Part shown: one piece after another, positions 56,408-59,182 of the stretch
Numbering within the stretch: position 1 is the first letter of the stretch
How the letters are laid out: every line of letters begins with the position of its first letter
Source of the DNA: Candidatus Magasanikbacteria bacterium RIFOXYD1_FULL_40_23
GTDB lineage: Bacteria; Patescibacteriota; Patescibacteriia; Magasanikbacterales; GWA2-37-8
Length of the DNA stretch: 59,182 nucleotides
NCBI GenBank assembly: GCA_001783215.1
Contig: MFRA01000002.1
Coordinates: forward strand, 1 to 59,182
Reading direction: 5' to 3'
The notes under the pieces: model-generated
Told to the model about the DNA's origin: nothing
Database searches by the model: none
Seen by the model: only the letters and a program-made list of their open reading frames with translations
Position numbers and translations under genes: made by a program

Positions 56408-57232
56408 TTACTTACCCAAAACAATCTCGGAAATTATTTTAAATCTTTGTACGACTTCTGTATCCAAGTAGACTTGCTTCTCTTCTTTGGTTTTATAATT
56501 ACCTACTTCTTGCCACAAGGCCCTACCAGCCAAAAACCCAACTGCTCCCGCCTCTACAGCCTCTGTTAGTTGAGCAGCAAACCCTTCAAACTTTTCGCCT
56601 CTGGTAAGCAAAATCCACGGTGTGCTTCCAACGAGCTCGGTAATTTTTTTACATGACTCTAAATCTCCAGGGTACTCTAATTTCCAAACATCGGGAACAA
56701 TATTTTTTTCTAACAACATCTGGATAGAACGCAAAACCCATTCAGCTCGACTCTTCCCAAGCTCTTCGTTGCCATAGGTAACAATTTCCAAAAATAACGG
56801 CAGATTGTTTGCGCGAGAATCGTCCAAAGCTTTTTTAGCCACGGCGATTTGAGAATCACAATTGCTGGCTTCGGGATTAAAATATAATAATAATTTTGCT
56901 CCACCTGCACCCAAATCCTTTAATTGCTTGGCCGAGTATTCTAGTTCGGTATTTCGTTCTCCGGCACTATCTGTATAACCGCTTTTTTCGAGCGGCAGAA
57001 GATATGGCTTGCTTTTGGATTCATAGCCAGCCAAACCCCAACCTACATCTATAAGAACACCGCTAAATTGATCCTGCAAAGCAGAGATAATCATGCCTTT
57101 TATCTCTATCATTTCGGCATCGGTAGCCGATTCCGGATCGGCTGGTTTTACATATTTTTTAAAACTACCGCGATGGTCTAAAGCGAGCATTAAATACTTG
57201 CCCCTATCTTGAAAACTAGATAAATCAGACAT
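56408..57232 (-). CDS. Class I aldolase, tagatose-1,6-bisphosphate aldolase (LacD)-like
   Basis: MLALDHRGS, AKLLLYF, LFLE, DVWKLE, GFLAGRALW. Confidence 0.85.
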   Translation of the reverse strand: MSDLSSFQDRGKYLMLALDHRGSFKKYVKPADPESATDAEMIEIKGMIISALQDQFSGVLIDVGWGLAGYESKSKPYLLPLEKSGYTDSAGERNTELEYSAKQLKDLGAGGAKLLLYFNPEASNCDSQIAVAKKALDDSRANNLPLFLEIVTYGNEELGKSRAEWVLRSIQMLLEKNIVPDVWKLEYPGDLESCKKITELVGSTPWILLTRGEKFEGFAAQLTEAVEAGAVGFLAGRALWQEVGNYKTKEEKQVYLDTEVVQRFKIISEIVLGK

Positions 57233-57301
57233 AAATAATTATATTTTAAGCTAAAAAAGTACCTCTAGAATAACATACGAAAAATTGAGCGTCAATCAAA
57301 C

Positions 57302-57336
57302 AAAAAAGCCGGCCACCACATTGGTGATCCGGCTGG
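57302..57336 (-). terminator. Intrinsic terminator of the GC-rich gene
   Basis: Minus strand agccggatcacc-aatgt-ggtggccggct-ttttt. Confidence 0.75.
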
Positions 57337-57380
57337 CTGACTCCAGTCTGCTCTGTATTGCTACAGAGCAGACATGGTTA

Positions 57381-58913
57381 CTACGACTGCTGGCCCGCCT
57401 GCTGACGAGCCTTCTTGCGCTCGCTCTTGCTGGGCTTCTTGTCGCCCTTCTTGCCGCCCTTGTTCTTCTCGCGCTTCGCAACCGTCTCGGGCTTCTCCGC
57501 GCCGAAGTTGGGATCGTTGCGATCAACGACCTTCTTCTCCGGCTTGTTGACCTTCTGCGGCGGCGTGGGCTTCACCTGGGGCTGCTCCACCTTCTTGACG
57601 ATCGGCGGAGCAACCGGCGGGTTCTCGACGACCTGGGTCGTCTTGGCACCCTCGTTGCGCAGCTTGTCGACGCCCTCGGCCAGGGCCTGCTCGTCCATGC
57701 CAGCGGCACGGGCGTAGTACATGGCCGTGTTGTGATCCGACACCATCGTGTCGACCTCACCCGGCTTGCCTTCACCCTTGGCGAACTTCTCGGCCTTGTT
57801 GAGGGCGAAGCTCTCACGAGCGATGGCCATCTCCGCGAAGATCGTGGTGACCACACCCTTGTCGTTGAAGTCCGACGTGGCGTACTTCTCCTTCTTCATC
57901 ACCTTGTCGGCGGTGCGCCCAGCCAAGGTCTCGGCCAGCGTCTCACTCATGCCGGAGTTGGAGTCGTTGGACTCCAGCAACCGGGCCTTGAGCACCTGCT
58001 TCAGCTGAAGCAGACGCGCCGCCTGCTTCTCCTTGTTGCTGATGGCCTGCTGCTCACGCCGAGCCTTCTCTTCCAGGTCCTCCAGCTTGGGCAGCTGGTG
58101 CAGCTTGTAGATCTCGGGGAAGTGATCCTCGAGCGTGTGCCACACCCACGTCTCCTGCTTCGGCGAAGCCCAGTCCATATCGCGGTGTTCGCGATCCCAG
58201 CGCAGACCCCAGGCCTTGATGACCTGCTGGCACATGCCGATCCACCGCGAGATCTCACCATTGCGCGCGCTGTACAGATCGAACAGCGCCTGGTTCTTGG
58301 TGCGATCCAGCTGACGGCGAGCCTGCTGCACCGCGCATGCCGACTTCACGAAGTGGGCACGCATGGCCTGGGCGAGGTAGCCATCCTCGAACATGAAGTC
58401 GGGGAGCTCCGACAGGGTGTGCCGGAGACGGAGAACCGCCTCGGGGACATCCGAGCTGGACGAATCCTCGTGCCGCACATTCTGGACGGTCTGCTGCTTC
58501 GGCTTGTCCGAACTGGCAGCCAGGCTCCGCTCCATCTTCTTGATGCTCTCGGGAGAGAGCGGGTCGAAACCAGCCATCTTCACGGCCGTCGCACGGAGAC
58601 GCTCCGCCTTCTCCTTCTTGATCCGCCGCTGCTCGATCTGGATCGCGGCTTCCTTGGCCTGCTTGGCCGCGCGCTGTTCGCGCTGACGGTTCTCCAAGGC
58701 CTGCTTGGCAAGGGACCGAATGTCCTTGAACACCTCATCGTGCAAGACCTCGTCGACGGTCACATCGTCGAGATCGGGGGTGGAGCTGATCATCTCCTGG
58801 ATGACCAACTCCAGGGTCCACTCCGTATCGTCACCGGCAGGCGACGAGTCGTCGTCGCTGGGAACGAGGGAGAGAACGCTAGAGGACGAAACGGGGTTGG
58901 TCGGGTTGGACAT
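57381..58913 (-). CDS. GC-rich hypothetical charged protein
   Basis: 510-aa ORF with strongly G/C third codon positions; AAGGAAGGT SD-like leader. Confidence 0.8.
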   Translation of the reverse strand: MSNPTNPVSSSSVLSLVPSDDDSSPAGDDTEWTLELVIQEMISSTPDLDDVTVDEVLHDEVFKDIRSLAKQALENRQREQRAAKQAKEAAIQIEQRRIKKEKAERLRATAVKMAGFDPLSPESIKKMERSLAASSDKPKQQTVQNVRHEDSSSSDVPEAVLRLRHTLSELPDFMFEDGYLAQAMRAHFVKSACAVQQARRQLDRTKNQALFDLYSARNGEISRWIGMCQQVIKAWGLRWDREHRDMDWASPKQETWVWHTLEDHFPEIYKLHQLPKLEDLEEKARREQQAISNKEKQAARLLQLKQVLKARLLESNDSNSGMSETLAETLAGRTADKVMKKEKYATSDFNDKGVVTTIFAEMAIARESFALNKAEKFAKGEGKPGEVDTMVSDHNTAMYYARAAGMDEQALAEGVDKLRNEGAKTTQVVENPPVAPPIVKKVEQPQVKPTPPQKVNKPEKKVVDRNDPNFGAEKPETVAKREKNKGGKKGDKKPSKSERKKARQQAGQQS

Positions 58914-59057
58914 GACGCGTTACCTACCTTCCTTACATTGTCAACGAAACAAAGTTCTTTTTCTCACTTCTGCGATATGCAGGGCGAGAGAACCTTCCGT
59001 CACTGGGCGCCAAAATTGACGCTAAATGACCAAAAATCCTCTAAAAACTAACCACGC

Positions 59058-59086
59058 ACTATACCACAAAATATAGGTTTTGTCAA
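59058..59086 (-). promoter_or_regulatory. Sigma70 promoter of the 510-aa gene
   Basis: TTGACA-N17-TATAGT with TGn extension. Confidence 0.7.
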
Positions 59087-59182
59087 TAGTTAAATTGACC
59101 TAGCAGTAATCTAAACTACTGGAACCACCTAAATGGTAAAATATGGCTTTATCCATAAAGGTGGTATATATGTCAAATGACC

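Noticed and set aside
57285-59051. 588-aa plus-strand ORF and other nested ORFs
   Set aside because: Antisense shadow of the GC3-rich minus-strand gene; Leu/Gly/Arg-biased with no motifs, while promoter, SD and terminator support the minus strand

Overview
AT-rich bacterial chromosome segment. Gene content and style point to Patescibacteria/CPR (inference: DUF4012, DUF5673-like and baseplate-J-like membrane proteins, SD-less housekeeping genes, N-terminal-only GlmU). It holds a surface-glycan cluster (WcaJ-type transferase, three GT4s, LCP), housekeeping genes (miaA, thrS, der, pth, dprA, topA, rpmF, nusB, rnc, glmS), three tRNAs (Arg-GCG, Lys-CTT, Arg-TCG), an unusually long RNase P RNA (~580 nt) and a T-box leader on thrS. 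The top candidate for a new system is a six-gene hydrogenase-related (Ehr/Hyf-like) membrane complex. It has lost the NiFe ligands and three of the four Fe-S cysteines of the small subunit, and it lies directly downstream of a co-oriented beta-carbonic-anhydrase-like gene, which suggests a redox-independent CO2/bicarbonate or ion pump. Also notable: several families of small structured repeats (abutting start codons or -35 boxes, or inserted inside CDSs and RNAs), unannotated small ORFs with their own promoter, SD and terminator, and a split between SD-led accessory genes and SD-less core genes. No CRISPR array, integrase or transposase was seen. All calls come from reading motifs by eye; no searches were run.
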